The translations under genes were made by a program, and so were the position numbers. A model generated the notes under the pieces. That model saw nothing but the letters and a program-made list of their open reading frames with translations. It searched no databases and was not told where the DNA came from. A stretch of 64,000 nucleotides of DNA from contig OY969807.1 in NCBI GenBank assembly GCA_963703285.1, positions 704,001 through 768,000 on the forward strand. The letters run 5' to 3'. This stretch comes from an uncultured Nitrososphaerota archaeon (lineage in GTDB: Archaea; Thermoproteota; Nitrososphaeria; Nitrososphaerales; Gagatemarchaeaceae). Position 1 is the first letter of the stretch. Every line of letters begins with the position of its first letter. This document shows positions 34,183 to 45,391 of the stretch, in pieces.

Positions 34183-36358
34183 TCAGTAGAGGGTGGCGAA
34201 GTATTCCGGTCCTACACCGTTGCCCGCAGCACTGCCGAGGTTCGTGTTCCAGGACATACCCAGAACGTTCGACGTCATCGTGACGAAGTTGACCGCGTAG
34301 AAGGTCCAGAGGTACATGACCTCCTTGTTCGAGAGGATGTTCATCTGATTGCTGTCTGCGATGAGGGCCGCTGTGTTCCCTGAGGCGCTTGCCGCAAGGC
34401 TGGCCTTGTAGAGGGCCGTTATCGCTGGGAAGTTCATTCCCATGGCTCCTGGATAGGTCCCTGGATATGCGAGCATGTTGCCGGTGAAGTCAAGAACCCA
34501 CGGGTAGTCGTCGATCCAGCCGAGTGCGTACATGTAGAGGTGAGACGGTATCGAGAACGCCTCTATCAGCATCTGCCCTGTTGGCAGGGGCTGCACGACG
34601 ACCGAGAGACCCATGTTGTAGGTTGTGCTTATGTTGTTGATCGTGGCCGCGAGGTCGTTGAAGATGGCCTCGTCTGGTGTGTCACCAGTTCCGTAGACCA
34701 GGGGTATCGTTTGCGGGGTCGGGCTGCTGCACTGGTTCTTCGAGTTCAGGGTCGTGCACCCGAAGGCGTTGTTGAACAACCCGGCGGGCGCCTTGGTGCC
34801 ATTGGCGAAGTTGAAGGATGTGATCGGGTGCTCCATCGCCTGCAGGAGGAGCTGTGCGGACTGGTCCGGGTTGTAGCTGTAGGCCGGCTTTATGCTCGAG
34901 TTGTAGACTCCCGAGGGTGGAAGTCCCGGTGGGACCACGTTCAGCGCGACCGAACCCAGGTTGTCGTTGTTGGCGATAAGCTCTGCCGTCATGTTGACGG
35001 CGTCGGCAAAGGCCATCCTTATCCTAAGGTCGGCGAACGGCTGGAACGAGTAGTAGCTGCCCGTTACCGGGCTGGAGACGTTGGTGTCGAACGGGTCGAA
35101 GAGGGTCGATAGGAATCCGTAGGGTCCGTAGAGTGAGACTCCGGATATGGTCGAGACCAGCTTTCCTGTGGCCAGCCAGGTGTTCTTTGCGGCGACGTCG
35201 TAGAGGTTGGTTCCTTCTACGTCGATGGCCATCGCCTGGCCGGACTTGGCTGCGTTCTCCAGGTCGATTTCACGGGTTGTCTGGCTTGAGACATACTTGA
35301 AGATGATCGTCTTGATCTGCGGGGCTATCTTCGCGCCTGCTGGGGTAGCGAACTGATAAGGTCCGCCCCAGTAGTTGGGGTTGGCTTGCAGCGTGATGGT
35401 GTTCGTGGAGAGGTCGTTGCTGGTGATCGTGTAGGGCCCAGTTCCTGCCGTCGAGCCCCCTGTTGCTGTGTTCAGGTAGGTGTTTCCGCACCCAGCCGGG
35501 GTCGAGCCGGCGTTGCAGGTTGCTGCAAGGTCGTCAAAGTACTCGATCGACTTCTGGGTGAAGTTGCCGCTGAGGGTTGTATAGGGGAGGGTGTACCCTG
35601 AACCGGATGCGGTCCAGAGCGCCAGGTCCATCTTCATGGTGTAACCTGGAGCTACTGGGTCGACTACCGGGTTCGCGAAGAGGTACGGGAAGGCTACGTT
35701 CGGATTCATGACGTTGACGTTGAAGGTGAGGGTGCCCGTCACCTGGACGAAGTCTGCCGCGAGCCATGCACTCACGTAGGCCTTGTTGTAGGTCTGGGCG
35801 CCGTTGAAGAAGGAGCTGAGGCTCTGGTTGGAGAGCTGCTGGATGAGCCATGCGGACTGGGTCCCGTGCCGCGACCGGCGTGCTGCCGTCGTTTATCAGG
35901 GCCCTGGTCAGGCTGAACCACACCGCGGAGGCGTTGAGCGCCTCGCCGTCGGCGAAGGTTATCCCGCTCCTGAGAGTGAACGTGTACTGCGTGCCCGCCG
36001 TGTTACCGCTGTAGGTCTGCGCGAGCCACGGGATGACGCAGGTCGAGCACGATTCGTTGTACCAGAGGATCGGTTCGTAGACGTTCTGCATGATGTTGTA
36101 GTCGTACGAGAAGTACGACACTGCTGGGTCGAGGTACTCCGGCGTCTCGGCCGCCTCATAGGTCAGGGTCGAGGGCACCGTGGACGAAGAGCTCGAGGAT
36201 GAGGTAGTGGAGGAGGAGGTAGTGGAGGATGAGGAGCTAGTGGTGGTGGTAGTTGTGGTCGTGTAGAAGTATATTCCTGCCGCGACCGCGATGATGAGTA
36301 TGACGATGACTACTGCTGCGAGGGTGGTAGAGATTGCGCTTCTACCGCTTCTTTGCAT
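34183..36358 (-). CDS. oppA: Family 5 peptide ABC substrate-binding protein (frameshift at about 35870)
   Basis: Class III-like signal RSA/ISTTLAAVVIV, Thr/Ser linker, LDPA, NVYEPIL, FTLRSGITFADG; second frame continues HGTQSAW..GTGPY..ANPNYWG..GWIDDYP. Confidence 0.88.
36185..36265 (-). repeat. Low-complexity Thr/Ser-coding tract (linker of the binding protein)
   Basis: Encodes TTTTTTTTSSSSSTTSSSTTSSSSSSS. Confidence 0.8.
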
Positions 36359-36429
36359 TTTCGAGGCTGTAGCTGAACGAGATTATTTAAGTGTGATATA
36401 CGGTGAATACAACATACGTCTTGAGTCCG

Positions 36430-38442
36430 TCATCTCACTTCCATACCCTCGTACGCGCGTCTCGCCTCCTCGACGGACGTCTCGTCCTCGAGTGTGGCGA
36501 CGTCGCCCAGAGGCTTGCCTTCGGCCACGGCTCTTAGGAGACGCCTCATTATCTTGCCGCTGCGAGTCTTTGGCAGCTTTGTGACAAAGAAGACCCGCGA
36601 AGGCTCTGCTATGGGGCTGAACCCATCCCGGACCCGGCGTCTCACCTCGCCTCGCAGCTCCTCAGAGGGGGCGAAGCCCTGCTTGAGGACGACGAAGGCT
36701 ATCGGGACCTCCCCCTTGATCTGGTCAGGGATGCCGACGACGGCCGCCTCCGAGGCCGCGTGGTGGGAGACTATCGACGACTCGATCTCGTAGGTCCCCA
36801 GCCTGTGCCCCGCCACCTTGAGGACCTCGTCGGCCCGGCCGGCGACCCAGATGTAGCCGTCCTTGTCCTTGACGGCGTAGTCGCCGCAGAAGAACAGGTT
36901 CCTCCCGGGGAAGCGTTCGTAGTACTGCTTCTCGTACCGCTCTGGGTCTCCGTACATTCCGGAGGGCGGACCTGGCATCCCCGGCCACGGGTTCTTGAGG
37001 ACCAGGAGGCCCTTGGCCCCGGGGAGGACCGCGTCCCCCTTCTCATCGACAACTTCCGCGTCCACCCCGGGGATGGGCAGCCCGTTCGACCCCGCCTTCA
37101 TGGGTATCATGGCGAGGCCGGGCAGTATGCTGATCAGTATCCCCCCTGTCTCCGTCATCCACCAGGTTGAACCAACGGGGCACCGACCACCGCCGACCAC
37201 CTCGAAGAGCCACCTCCAGGCCGACGGGTTAATCGCCTCGCCCACGCTCTGCATTAGGCGGAGGGAGGAGAGGTCGTGCTTCGTGGCGTTCTCGTCCCCG
37301 AACCGCATCTGGGCTCGCGTCGCGGTTGGAGTCGTGTAAAAGATGGATATGCCATAGCGTTCGACTATCGACCACCACCGGTCGGGGCCCGGAGCGTCCA
37401 GCGCGCCCTCGTAGATTACCACCGTCGCCCCCTCGATCAGCGGCCCGAAGGCGACGTAGCTGTGTCCGGTGACCCACCCGATGTCAGCCGGGCACCAATA
37501 GACGTCCTGCTCGCGGATATCGAAGACCCACTTCATCGTAGCGTGCAGCAGGACCGCGTAGCCCCCCGTGTCGTGGATTATCCCCTTGGGCTTGCCCGTC
37601 GTCCCGGAGGTGTAGAGGACGTAGAGGGGGTGCTCGCTCTCCAGGGGTTCGGGCTCGACCGACGCACCGGCCGGCGTCTCCGAGAGCAGGTCCTCCCAGA
37701 GGACGTCGCGACCGGCGCGCATGTTGCAGGGCACGCCGAGCCTCTTCACGACGACCACGTGCTCGATGGAGGGCGACTGCTCGAGTGCGGCGTCGGCAAT
37801 CTCCTTGAGGAGGACTTGCCGGCCCCTCCGGTAGAAACCGTCCGCGGTGATCAGCAGCGCGGCGCCCAGGTCGTTGATCCTCGACGAGAGGGACTCGGCG
37901 CTGAACCCGCTGAAGACCACGGTGAAGGTCAGCCCGAGGCGCGCGGCGGCGAGGAGGGCCGCTATCGCCTCCGGGACGAGGGGCATGTAGATCGCGACCT
38001 TGTCCCCCTTCTTCAGTCCGAACTTCGTACGCAGGGCGAACGCGAGCTTGTTCACCTCCCTCAGGAGCTCCGCGTAGGTAACCTTTCTCACCTCCTTCGG
38101 GGCGCCCCTCTCGTCCGTCGGCTCCCCCTCCCAGATCAGCGCGACCTTGTTTCCTCTCCAGGAACGGACGTGACGGTCGAGGGCCAAGTGCGAGAGGTTG
38201 AGCCTCCCGCCGCTGAACCACTTGTAGACGTGGGGATGCTCGCCCGGGGAGACCACCTCATCCCAGCCCTTGAACCATTCCAGCTGCTTCGCCACCGAGT
38301 CCCAGTTGTCGTAGGCGTGCTCGAGGCTCTTCGTGTGGACCTCCTTGTAAGCCGCCACGCCTGTGCGCGGACCCTCCCACGCGGGCACCTCTATGACCTC
38401 GTCGAGCGGGAGAGATTCACCGAGAATCTCGGGATTACTCAC
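36430..38442 (-). CDS. acs: Acetyl-CoA synthetase (AMP-forming)
   Basis: YTSGTTGKPKG, WVTGHSY, TWWMTETG, GRADEVLKVAGHRLG, LPKTRSGKIMRR. Confidence 0.95.
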   Translation of the reverse strand: MSNPEILGESLPLDEVIEVPAWEGPRTGVAAYKEVHTKSLEHAYDNWDSVAKQLEWFKGWDEVVSPGEHPHVYKWFSGGRLNLSHLALDRHVRSWRGNKVALIWEGEPTDERGAPKEVRKVTYAELLREVNKLAFALRTKFGLKKGDKVAIYMPLVPEAIAALLAAARLGLTFTVVFSGFSAESLSSRINDLGAALLITADGFYRRGRQVLLKEIADAALEQSPSIEHVVVVKRLGVPCNMRAGRDVLWEDLLSETPAGASVEPEPLESEHPLYVLYTSGTTGKPKGIIHDTGGYAVLLHATMKWVFDIREQDVYWCPADIGWVTGHSYVAFGPLIEGATVVIYEGALDAPGPDRWWSIVERYGISIFYTTPTATRAQMRFGDENATKHDLSSLRLMQSVGEAINPSAWRWLFEVVGGGRCPVGSTWWMTETGGILISILPGLAMIPMKAGSNGLPIPGVDAEVVDEKGDAVLPGAKGLLVLKNPWPGMPGPPSGMYGDPERYEKQYYERFPGRNLFFCGDYAVKDKDGYIWVAGRADEVLKVAGHRLGTYEIESSIVSHHAASEAAVVGIPDQIKGEVPIAFVVLKQGFAPSEELRGEVRRRVRDGFSPIAEPSRVFFVTKLPKTRSGKIMRRLLRAVAEGKPLGDVATLEDETSVEEARRAYEGMEVR

Positions 38443-38559
38443 GGGTTCTCTCTCGCACTTGAGTTTCGGAGCATACTTAGCCTTTATCGGTCCTGCCCAG
38501 GTAGTTCGTCGCGAAGCTTAGAATTAAATCGAGGGGCATGGTGGGCGGTCCGACGAAGC

Positions 38560-39330
38560 GTGGACGAACCCGCCCTACAGGCCAAATCGCTCTCGAAGTC
38601 CTTCGGGCAGATTAGGGCCGTAAACAACATCGACTTCTCGATCAGGAAGGGGGAGATACTCGGCCTCCTGGGACCGAACGGGTCGGGCAAGTCCACCACG
38701 ATGAAGATGATCCTTGCCATCCTGAAGCCGGACGGCGGGACCATCACCGTGGAAGGTATCGACGTCGCCCAGGACCCCGTCGGCGTGAAGAGGATCGTCG
38801 GGTACGTCCCCGAGACCCCCCAGATCTACGACTACCTCACGGGTCTCGAGTACCTCGACTTCATCTCCGACATGTACGCCATCCCCACCGGAGAGAGGAA
38901 GGACAGGATAGGCCAGTTCCTCGAAGGGCTGCAGCTGAAGGGTCATGAGAACGAGCTGATCAGCGGCTACTCCCAGGGCATGAAGCAGAAGGTGGCGATA
39001 ATATCGGCCCTCATCCACAGGCCCAAGGTCCTCGTCCTGGACGAGGCTTTGAACGGCCTCGACCCTAGGTCGGCCAAGCTCGTGAAGGACCTGCTGAGGA
39101 GCCTCGCGGGCGAGGGGGTCTCGATCCTCTTCAGCACGCACGTCCTCGAGATAGCCGAGGCGCTCTGCGACGATGTCGCGATAATGTACCAGGGGTCGAT
39201 CGTCGCGAACGGGACGGTCGCAGACCTGAGACAGGAGGCCGGCCTCCCCGGGTCGACGCTGGAGGAGGTCTTCCTGAAGATAACAGGGACGGGCGACCTC
39301 GGCGACGTCGTGAAGGAGCTCACTCGATGA
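38560..39330 (+). CDS. ABC-2/drug-exporter type ATP-binding protein
   Basis: GPNGSGKSTT, YSQGMKQK, LDEALNGLDP, STH, LEEVFL. Confidence 0.92.
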   Translation: MDEPALQAKSLSKSFGQIRAVNNIDFSIRKGEILGLLGPNGSGKSTTMKMILAILKPDGGTITVEGIDVAQDPVGVKRIVGYVPETPQIYDYLTGLEYLDFISDMYAIPTGERKDRIGQFLEGLQLKGHENELISGYSQGMKQKVAIISALIHRPKVLVLDEALNGLDPRSAKLVKDLLRSLAGEGVSILFSTHVLEIAEALCDDVAIMYQGSIVANGTVADLRQEAGLPGSTLEEVFLKITGTGDLGDVVKELTR

Positions 39331-40996
39331 ACGTCCACAAGATATACGCGATAACCCTAGCCCTCACGAAGTCCCAGCTCCGCGCGAGCCGGTCGAGCGG
39401 CGCCACGGCCAGTTTCTTCCGCAGACCTTCGATCCTGCTGATACTCGACGCCGTGGCCTTCGTGATCTGCACCTTTCTGGGTTACGCGGCCCTCATCATC
39501 ATCCAGTCGCTGGACGCACCGGGATCCCCCAGTCCAACGTGCAGCTCTACTCCACCGTCCTGACGGACCTGAAGGAGGTCCTGGTCCTCATCCCCATCTT
39601 CGTCCCAGGGATGGTCCTCATCGCCGGGCTGCTCTTCGAGCTCAACGTCTCCTCCAAGTTCTCGGCCAGCGATACTGTGAACTGGCTCCCCGTAACGCAG
39701 GCGGAGTACGTCATCGCGTCGGCGCTCTCGGTCGCGTACAACTACTCGATCACCCCCGCGATAATTCTCGGGGCCACGATGATCCCGTCGATAGGCCTCG
39801 GACTAGGTTGGATCTGGGCGGGCGTCGCGCTGACGAGCTTGCTGGGGCTCTTCATGGGAGGCACCCTCGTCGAAATCCTCAGGGCTACGATGAACAGGGT
39901 GAGCTCTCTCGTCATGAAGCGAGCGAGGAGGGGCGCCCTCTTCTTCAGGCTCGGCATCATGGCGCTCGTGATACTCGTCTTCGAGACCATCTTCAACCCC
40001 ACGCTGCTCGTCATAGTCGTCAAGGACCTCTCCGGGACGTTCTCTGTATTCGCCTTCATCCCTCTCTTCTGGGGCGCGGTGGCTGTCCAGGCGATCGCCA
40101 CCGACCAGCCGTTCCGTGTGCTACTCTTCTCCGCCGGGACCGTGGGCTTCGCGTCCGCGCTGGTCTGGGCAGCGACCAAGGTGCGCTCGCGGTACTGGTC
40201 GCCGGCGGCTTTCGCGGTCAGCATCACGAGCTCCGAGTACGCGCCGCGCGCCAGCTCCCTCCTCAGGCTGGGCCTGAACAGCGGTGAGTCGGCAATCGTG
40301 AGGAAGGACCTGAAGGGGCTGACGCGCCGGCGGGAGCTCAGCTCGGTCCTGATCATCCCGGTGATCTTCACTGCGATCTTTATCTTCGAGAGCATCGCCA
40401 CACCGCAGAGCGGAATTCAGACCACGGGAAGTTTTGCGCCCCTCCTGGTGGCCTGCATCTTCTCGCTGGTCATCTCATCGACGAGCTTCGGGCAGGAGAG
40501 CAAGTCGGTGATGGTGCTTTACTCGCTCCCGATATCACCGAGCGAGATCCTGAAGGCGAAGGCGATCGTCGCCCTGCTGATCTCGCTTACGGCCACGCTG
40601 GCTATCTTCGCCATCTTCTCGGCGCTGGAGGGTCAGGACCCGCTGGCGCTCGGCGGAGGCCTGCTGATAGCCGTCTCCATCGCGGTCGAGGAGGTCTTCA
40701 TCGGACTCGCCTTCGGGGCCAGGTTCCCAGACTTCCAAGAACGTCCGAGACCCAGGTTCATGGACCCGATATGGCTGCTCGTCATGACAATCGTCGGGTT
40801 CATCGCGGCGGGAGTGACCGCCGTGCCGGTGCTACTGACTGACGTCGCAGGCACGGTCACCGGGTTCTCCGCGCCGGGGTACCTCTATCCCGCGGCTGTG
40901 GTCTTCGCTGCGGTCGTATCGGTGATGTGCTATCGCTGGGCAAGCGGGAGCGTGCGGGACCTCCTTTCGGAGTACAAGAATCTGAGGTCCCACTAA
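39327..40996 (+). CDS. Large ABC exporter permease (frameshift in C5 run at 39526-39530)
   Basis: Multi-TM; WLPVT, RKDLKGLTRR, ESKS..LYSLPISP..KAK motifs; one added C joins the two ORFs. Confidence 0.8.
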
Positions 40997-41028
40997 GGTT
41001 TAATCCGCTTGGAGCCAAGCCACCCCGA

Positions 41029-42486
41029 TTGAAGGAAGAAGCCTACGGCTACGACACCTTCCTCTCGCCCTTCACCTGGAGATACGGGAGCAAGGAGATG
41101 AGGAGCATCTTCTCGGAGAGGACGAGGAGGGCTTCGTGGAGGCGAATATGGCTCGAGCTCGCCAAGGCTCAGGCCGATTTCAGCCTCGTCTCGGCGGCCG
41201 AGGTGAACGAAATCCGCTCGAAATCCGGCGAGGAGAACGTCGACATAGCGGCGGCCCACGAGCTGGAGAGGAAGATCAGGCACGACCTCATGGCGGAGCT
41301 TCGGACCTTCGCGAGCCAGGCAGGGGCCGGCGGCGGAAAGCTGCACCTCGGGGCGACCTCGATGGACGTGGAGGACAACGGGGACGTCATGCTCTTCAGG
41401 AGGGCCCTGGGGGTCGTGCTGAACAGGCTCGTTGCGTGCCTGGAGGCGGCGCGGGCGATCATAGTGGAGCACAGGGCCACCGTGTGCATGGCGTGGACAC
41501 ACCTGCAGCCGGCCGAGCCGACCACCCTGGGGTACCGCTTCGCGAACTACGCCCAAGACCTGCTCATCGACATCGAACTGCTGGAAGACGTCCGGGACGC
41601 GTTCCTCAAGGGCAAGGGCATGAAGGGCGCTGTGGGGACTTCGGCGGCCTTCGAGAAGCTCCTGGGCAGCGGTGCAGACGCGCGGAAGCTCGAGGGGAAG
41701 GTGATGGGGGCGCTCGGGCTGGACTACTTCCCGGTCGCCACGCAGACTTATCCGAGGAAGCTGGACTACATACTGCTCTCCTGCCTCGCATCCATCGCGG
41801 CCTCCTGTCACAAGCTGGGGCTGGACCTGAGGGTCTTACAATCGCCCGCCTTCGGGGAGCTCTCCGAACCGATCGAGGAGTCCCAGGTCGGCTCCAGCGC
41901 CATGCCCTTCAAGAGGAACCCCGTCTCCGCAGAGAGGATGTGCTCGCTGTCCCGGCTCGTCTCGGCCCTGCCGCCGGTTGCCTTCTCCAACGCGGCCAAC
42001 AGCATCTTGGAGCGGACGCTGGACGACTCGGCCAATCGGAGAATCGTCATCCCCGAAGCCTTCCTCGCAATCGACGAGTGCCTCATGCTCTACGAGCGCA
42101 TCCTCCGCGGGCTGAGGGTCTACCCCGCTATGATCGAGAAGAACCTCGAGAAGTTCGGACCCTTCGCAGGGACCGAGGCGTTGTTGATGAAGCTCGTTGA
42201 GAGGGGGGAGGACAGGCAGGAGGCGCACGAGATGATACGCGTGCATTCCTTCAGGGCCTGGGAGGAGGTGATGGAGGGCCGTCGTAACCCACTCGCTAAG
42301 ATGCTCTCGGAGGACAGACGGATCTCTGCCAAGCTGAAGAGGGCGGAGGTACTCGAGCTTCTCGACCCGAAGAGGCACGTCGGCGACGCGACGGAGAGGT
42401 GCGATATGTTCGTCAAGCAGTCCATCGATCCCGCTCTGAGGAAGCACCGCGTCGCGACGAGGCCAGGCGGGAAGGTCGAATACTAG
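41029..42486 (+). CDS. purB: Adenylosuccinate lyase
   Basis: RYGSKEM, RHDLMA, HLGATS, THLQPAEPTT, GSSAMPFKRNP signature. Confidence 0.95.
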   Translation: MKEEAYGYDTFLSPFTWRYGSKEMRSIFSERTRRASWRRIWLELAKAQADFSLVSAAEVNEIRSKSGEENVDIAAAHELERKIRHDLMAELRTFASQAGAGGGKLHLGATSMDVEDNGDVMLFRRALGVVLNRLVACLEAARAIIVEHRATVCMAWTHLQPAEPTTLGYRFANYAQDLLIDIELLEDVRDAFLKGKGMKGAVGTSAAFEKLLGSGADARKLEGKVMGALGLDYFPVATQTYPRKLDYILLSCLASIAASCHKLGLDLRVLQSPAFGELSEPIEESQVGSSAMPFKRNPVSAERMCSLSRLVSALPPVAFSNAANSILERTLDDSANRRIVIPEAFLAIDECLMLYERILRGLRVYPAMIEKNLEKFGPFAGTEALLMKLVERGEDRQEAHEMIRVHSFRAWEEVMEGRRNPLAKMLSEDRRISAKLKRAEVLELLDPKRHVGDATERCDMFVKQSIDPALRKHRVATRPGGKVEY

Positions 42487-43516
42487 GGCTCTACGCGAAG
42501 ACCGCCGACAACGACCCCCGAACCGCGGCGGACCGTTCCGAGCGGGAAAGCCGGGAAGCCGCGCCTCGCGAAGGTCCGCACTATCGAGTCGACCTCGTCG
42601 CGCGGCGCGCAGACGCAGAGACCGACGCCCATGTTGAAGGTCCGAAGCATATCGAGGTCGGTGAGGCGGCCCTCCCTCTGGATCAGCCCGAAGACGGGCG
42701 GAGTAGGCGGCAGCTCGAGGGCGAACTCGAGCCTTCGCTGGCCAACGAGCCTCTTCAGCTTGGTGAAGGCCCCGCCGGTGATGTGGGCGAGCCCGTGGAT
42801 CTCGCGCCTCTCCAGGACCTCCAGGGCCGGCTTGACGTAGATTCTAGTTGGCGTCAGCAGGGCGTCACCGAGAGACGACCCGAGCTCCTCCATCCTGTCG
42901 CCGAGCGAATGTCTGGCCTGGAGGACGCTCCTTGCCAGGGTGTAGCCGTTCGAGTGCAGCCCCGAGCTCGCCACCCCGACGACGCTGTCGCCTTCGACTA
43001 TGGCGGAGCCGTCAACGACCCTGTCCACGTCGACCACGCCGACCCCCATCGAGACAAGGTCGAACCCCTTGACCATGCTCCCCAGTATCGCGGTCTCTCC
43101 CCCACGATCGCGGCCGCGGCCTCTCGGGCGCCTGCGACTAGCCCCTTCATCAGCTCTGCAACGAGGTCCGCGTCCTCCTTCTCGAGGGCGATGTAGTCGA
43201 GGAGGGCCGCGGGCTCGCTGCCGAGACAAATCAGGTCGTTCACGGTCATGGCCACGCAGTCGATCCCGACAGTGTCGAATCTGTCCATCTGGAGGGCGAG
43301 CTGGAGCTTCGTCCCCACGCCATCGGTGTGCAAGGTCAGCGCCCGTCCGCCCCCGATGTCGATTATGCCTCCATAGTGCCCTATCCCAATCAGGGGCGAG
43401 CCGAACCTTCCCTTTCGCGCGGCGAAGGTCGCGCCGAGTGACTTCGCCAGCGAGCGCTGGATCTCCTTGACACGGGTGACGTCGACCCCGGCCCTTGCGT
43501 AGGCGTCCTTCTTCAT
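42483..43516 (-). CDS. purM: AIR synthetase (frameshift in run at 43099-43103)
   Basis: YARAGVD, DGVGTK, GIDCVAMTVND, (G)GETA, SSGLHSNGY, HITGG, TFNMGVG. Confidence 0.92.
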
Positions 43517-43533
43517 GTCCAGGCCCCGGAGGC

Positions 43534-44376
43534 TCAGAGCTTCATGCCGGTTAGGGCCTCGTAGATGCGGACGTAGCGGTCTGTGACGAGGGTGACGAGT
43601 TCCGCCGGAAGTGAGGGCGGCGTCGGCACTGGCAGACCCGACTTCCTTGCGCGGTCGAGCCTGTCCTTGTACCCCTCGGCGATGAGCCAGTCCCGGACGA
43701 GCTGCTTGTCAAAGCTGTCCTGCGTCTTCCCAGGGGCGTACTTGTCGGACGGCCACATCCTGAACTCGTCGGGCCCGATCGAGTCGCCGAGGAGGACCCT
43801 GCCGTCCCTCCGGCCGAACTCCAGCTTCAGGTCGGCGAGGATGAACCCCGACTTGGAAGCCCTCTGGCTCATGGCTCGGTATATCGAGACGGTCGAGTCC
43901 TTCACCTCGCGCAGCTCGCCCTCCGTCATCCTGCCCTCACGGACTATCTCTGCCTCGGTTATCGGCTCATCCTTGACCTCCGACTTCGTCGTCGGGTCGA
44001 AGTAGGGCTCGGGCAACCTGGAAGCCAGCACCTTCTCGATGGGGAGCGAGACTTCGCCCTTGAGGAGACGGTCGTAGAGGCCGCCGTAAAGGTATCCCCT
44101 GACGACGCACTCCACGGGTATCATCGACATCCTCTTGACGACCATAGAGTTGCTGCCCTCCGTAGAGACCATGTGGTTGGGGACTCCGAGGGCGTCGAAC
44201 CAATAGGCGGAGAGCTTGCACAGGACCTCCCCCTTGCGCGGAATCGTGGAGGGGAGGACGACGTCGAACGCTGAGACCCTGTCGGTGAAGTGGAAGAGGA
44301 GGTGGTCCGGGTCCAGCTCGTAGATGTCCTTCACCTTCCCGGAGCGGATGAACCTGCCCCTCGGCTTCACTTCCAT
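43534..44376 (-). CDS. purC: SAICAR synthetase
   Basis: GKVKDIY, DRVSAFD, PVECVVRGY, ADLKLEFG, FDKQLVRDW. Confidence 0.95.
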   Translation of the reverse strand: MEVKPRGRFIRSGKVKDIYELDPDHLLFHFTDRVSAFDVVLPSTIPRKGEVLCKLSAYWFDALGVPNHMVSTEGSNSMVVKRMSMIPVECVVRGYLYGGLYDRLLKGEVSLPIEKVLASRLPEPYFDPTTKSEVKDEPITEAEIVREGRMTEGELREVKDSTVSIYRAMSQRASKSGFILADLKLEFGRRDGRVLLGDSIGPDEFRMWPSDKYAPGKTQDSFDKQLVRDWLIAEGYKDRLDRARKSGLPVPTPPSLPAELVTLVTDRYVRIYEALTGMKL

Positions 44377-44810
44377 GCAGCCCTCATCCTCCGCAGCCTC
44401 TCGGCGACGCCCTCGTCGTTGAGGGCCAGTATCTCGGCCGCCAGGACGCCCGCATTGCGAGCGTTGTCGATCCCGACGCAGCCCACAGGGACGCCCGGCG
44501 GCATCTGGACGATCGAGAGGAGAGAGTCCAGACCGTTCAGCTTGACGGACACCGGGACCCCTATGACGGGCCTGATCGTCATCGACGCTATCACGCCGGG
44601 CAGGTGGGCGGAGAGACCGGCGACGGCCACGAAGACCTTCGCCTGCGAGGTCGAGACGTACTCCTTCAGTCCTTCGGGGTTTCTGTGGGCGGATATGAAC
44701 CGCACCTCGTGGGGGACCTCGAGCTCCGTCAGGACCTTGGAGGCCTCATCGGTGACCGGCTGGTCGCTCTTGCTCCCGGCCACCACGGCCACGCTGATTA
44801 TCTGTGACAT
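44367..44810 (-). CDS. purE: N5-CAIR mutase / AIR carboxylase
   Basis: GSKSD, SAHRNP, AGLSAHLPG, PVIGVP, SIVQMPPGVPV. Confidence 0.96.
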   Translation of the reverse strand: MSQIISVAVVAGSKSDQPVTDEASKVLTELEVPHEVRFISAHRNPEGLKEYVSTSQAKVFVAVAGLSAHLPGVIASMTIRPVIGVPVSVKLNGLDSLLSIVQMPPGVPVGCVGIDNARNAGVLAAEILALNDEGVAERLRRMRAAWK

Positions 44811-44812
44811 CG

Positions 44813-45391
44813 CTATCTGCCAAGCCCTCTCCCGAACTTCAGGACCCTCTTCTCCGTAACGACCATGTCGAGTGGCACATCGGAGGGGACCTCCGGGACC
44901 CTGGCGACCCGCTGCGACTCGAGCGCGAGCCCCACCGCGACCGAGTTACCCCTGCTTGCGAGCGCTCTGTCGAAGTAACCCATCCCGCTACCTATCCTGT
45001 GCCCCCTGTCGTCCCAGGAGACGAGAGGCACGAAGACCAGGTCGGTCGCTGACAGTTCGACCCGGGGATACTGGGGGGAGGGCTCGAGTATGCCGTGGAG
45101 ACCCGTCGAGAGATCGTCTAATCCAAGGATCACGTGGAAGACAAGTGATTGAGAGCCGAGGTCGACCCTTGGGACCGCGACCCTCTTGCCCTCGGCGAGC
45201 ATTCGCCGGATGACGCCGTCGGTCTGGACCTCGTCAGCCGTTGAGACGTAGGTTGCGACCGTTCTGGCTTCGACGTAGGCCCGCTCCTCCGCGAGCCTAC
45301 CCTCCACGAGCCTGCTCTCGTTCACGAGGAGCGCGTGGGGGATTGCCCGTCTGGCCTGCAATCCCTGTGCCCTCAACTGGCTCTTGCTCAA
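44813..45391 (-). CDS. 5-formyltetrahydrofolate cyclo-ligase
   Basis: KSQLR, EVQT, GILEP, DLVFVP, RIGSGMGYFDR, DVPLD..TE. Confidence 0.92.
   Translation of the reverse strand: MSKSQLRAQGLQARRAIPHALLVNESRLVEGRLAEERAYVEARTVATYVSTADEVQTDGVIRRMLAEGKRVAVPRVDLGSQSLVFHVILGLDDLSTGLHGILEPSPQYPRVELSATDLVFVPLVSWDDRGHRIGSGMGYFDRALASRGNSVAVGLALESQRVARVPEVPSDVPLDMVVTEKRVLKFGRGLGR

Noticed and set aside
36185-36265. Tandem GAGGAGGTAGTG-like repeats as a CRISPR or VNTR element
   Set aside because: They encode the Ser/Thr linker of the binding protein; no repeat-spacer structure
37276-38559. Long N-terminal extension of the 684-aa ABC ATPase ORF
   Set aside because: Antisense to acs; a TATA at about 38524 and GTG 38560 define the real start
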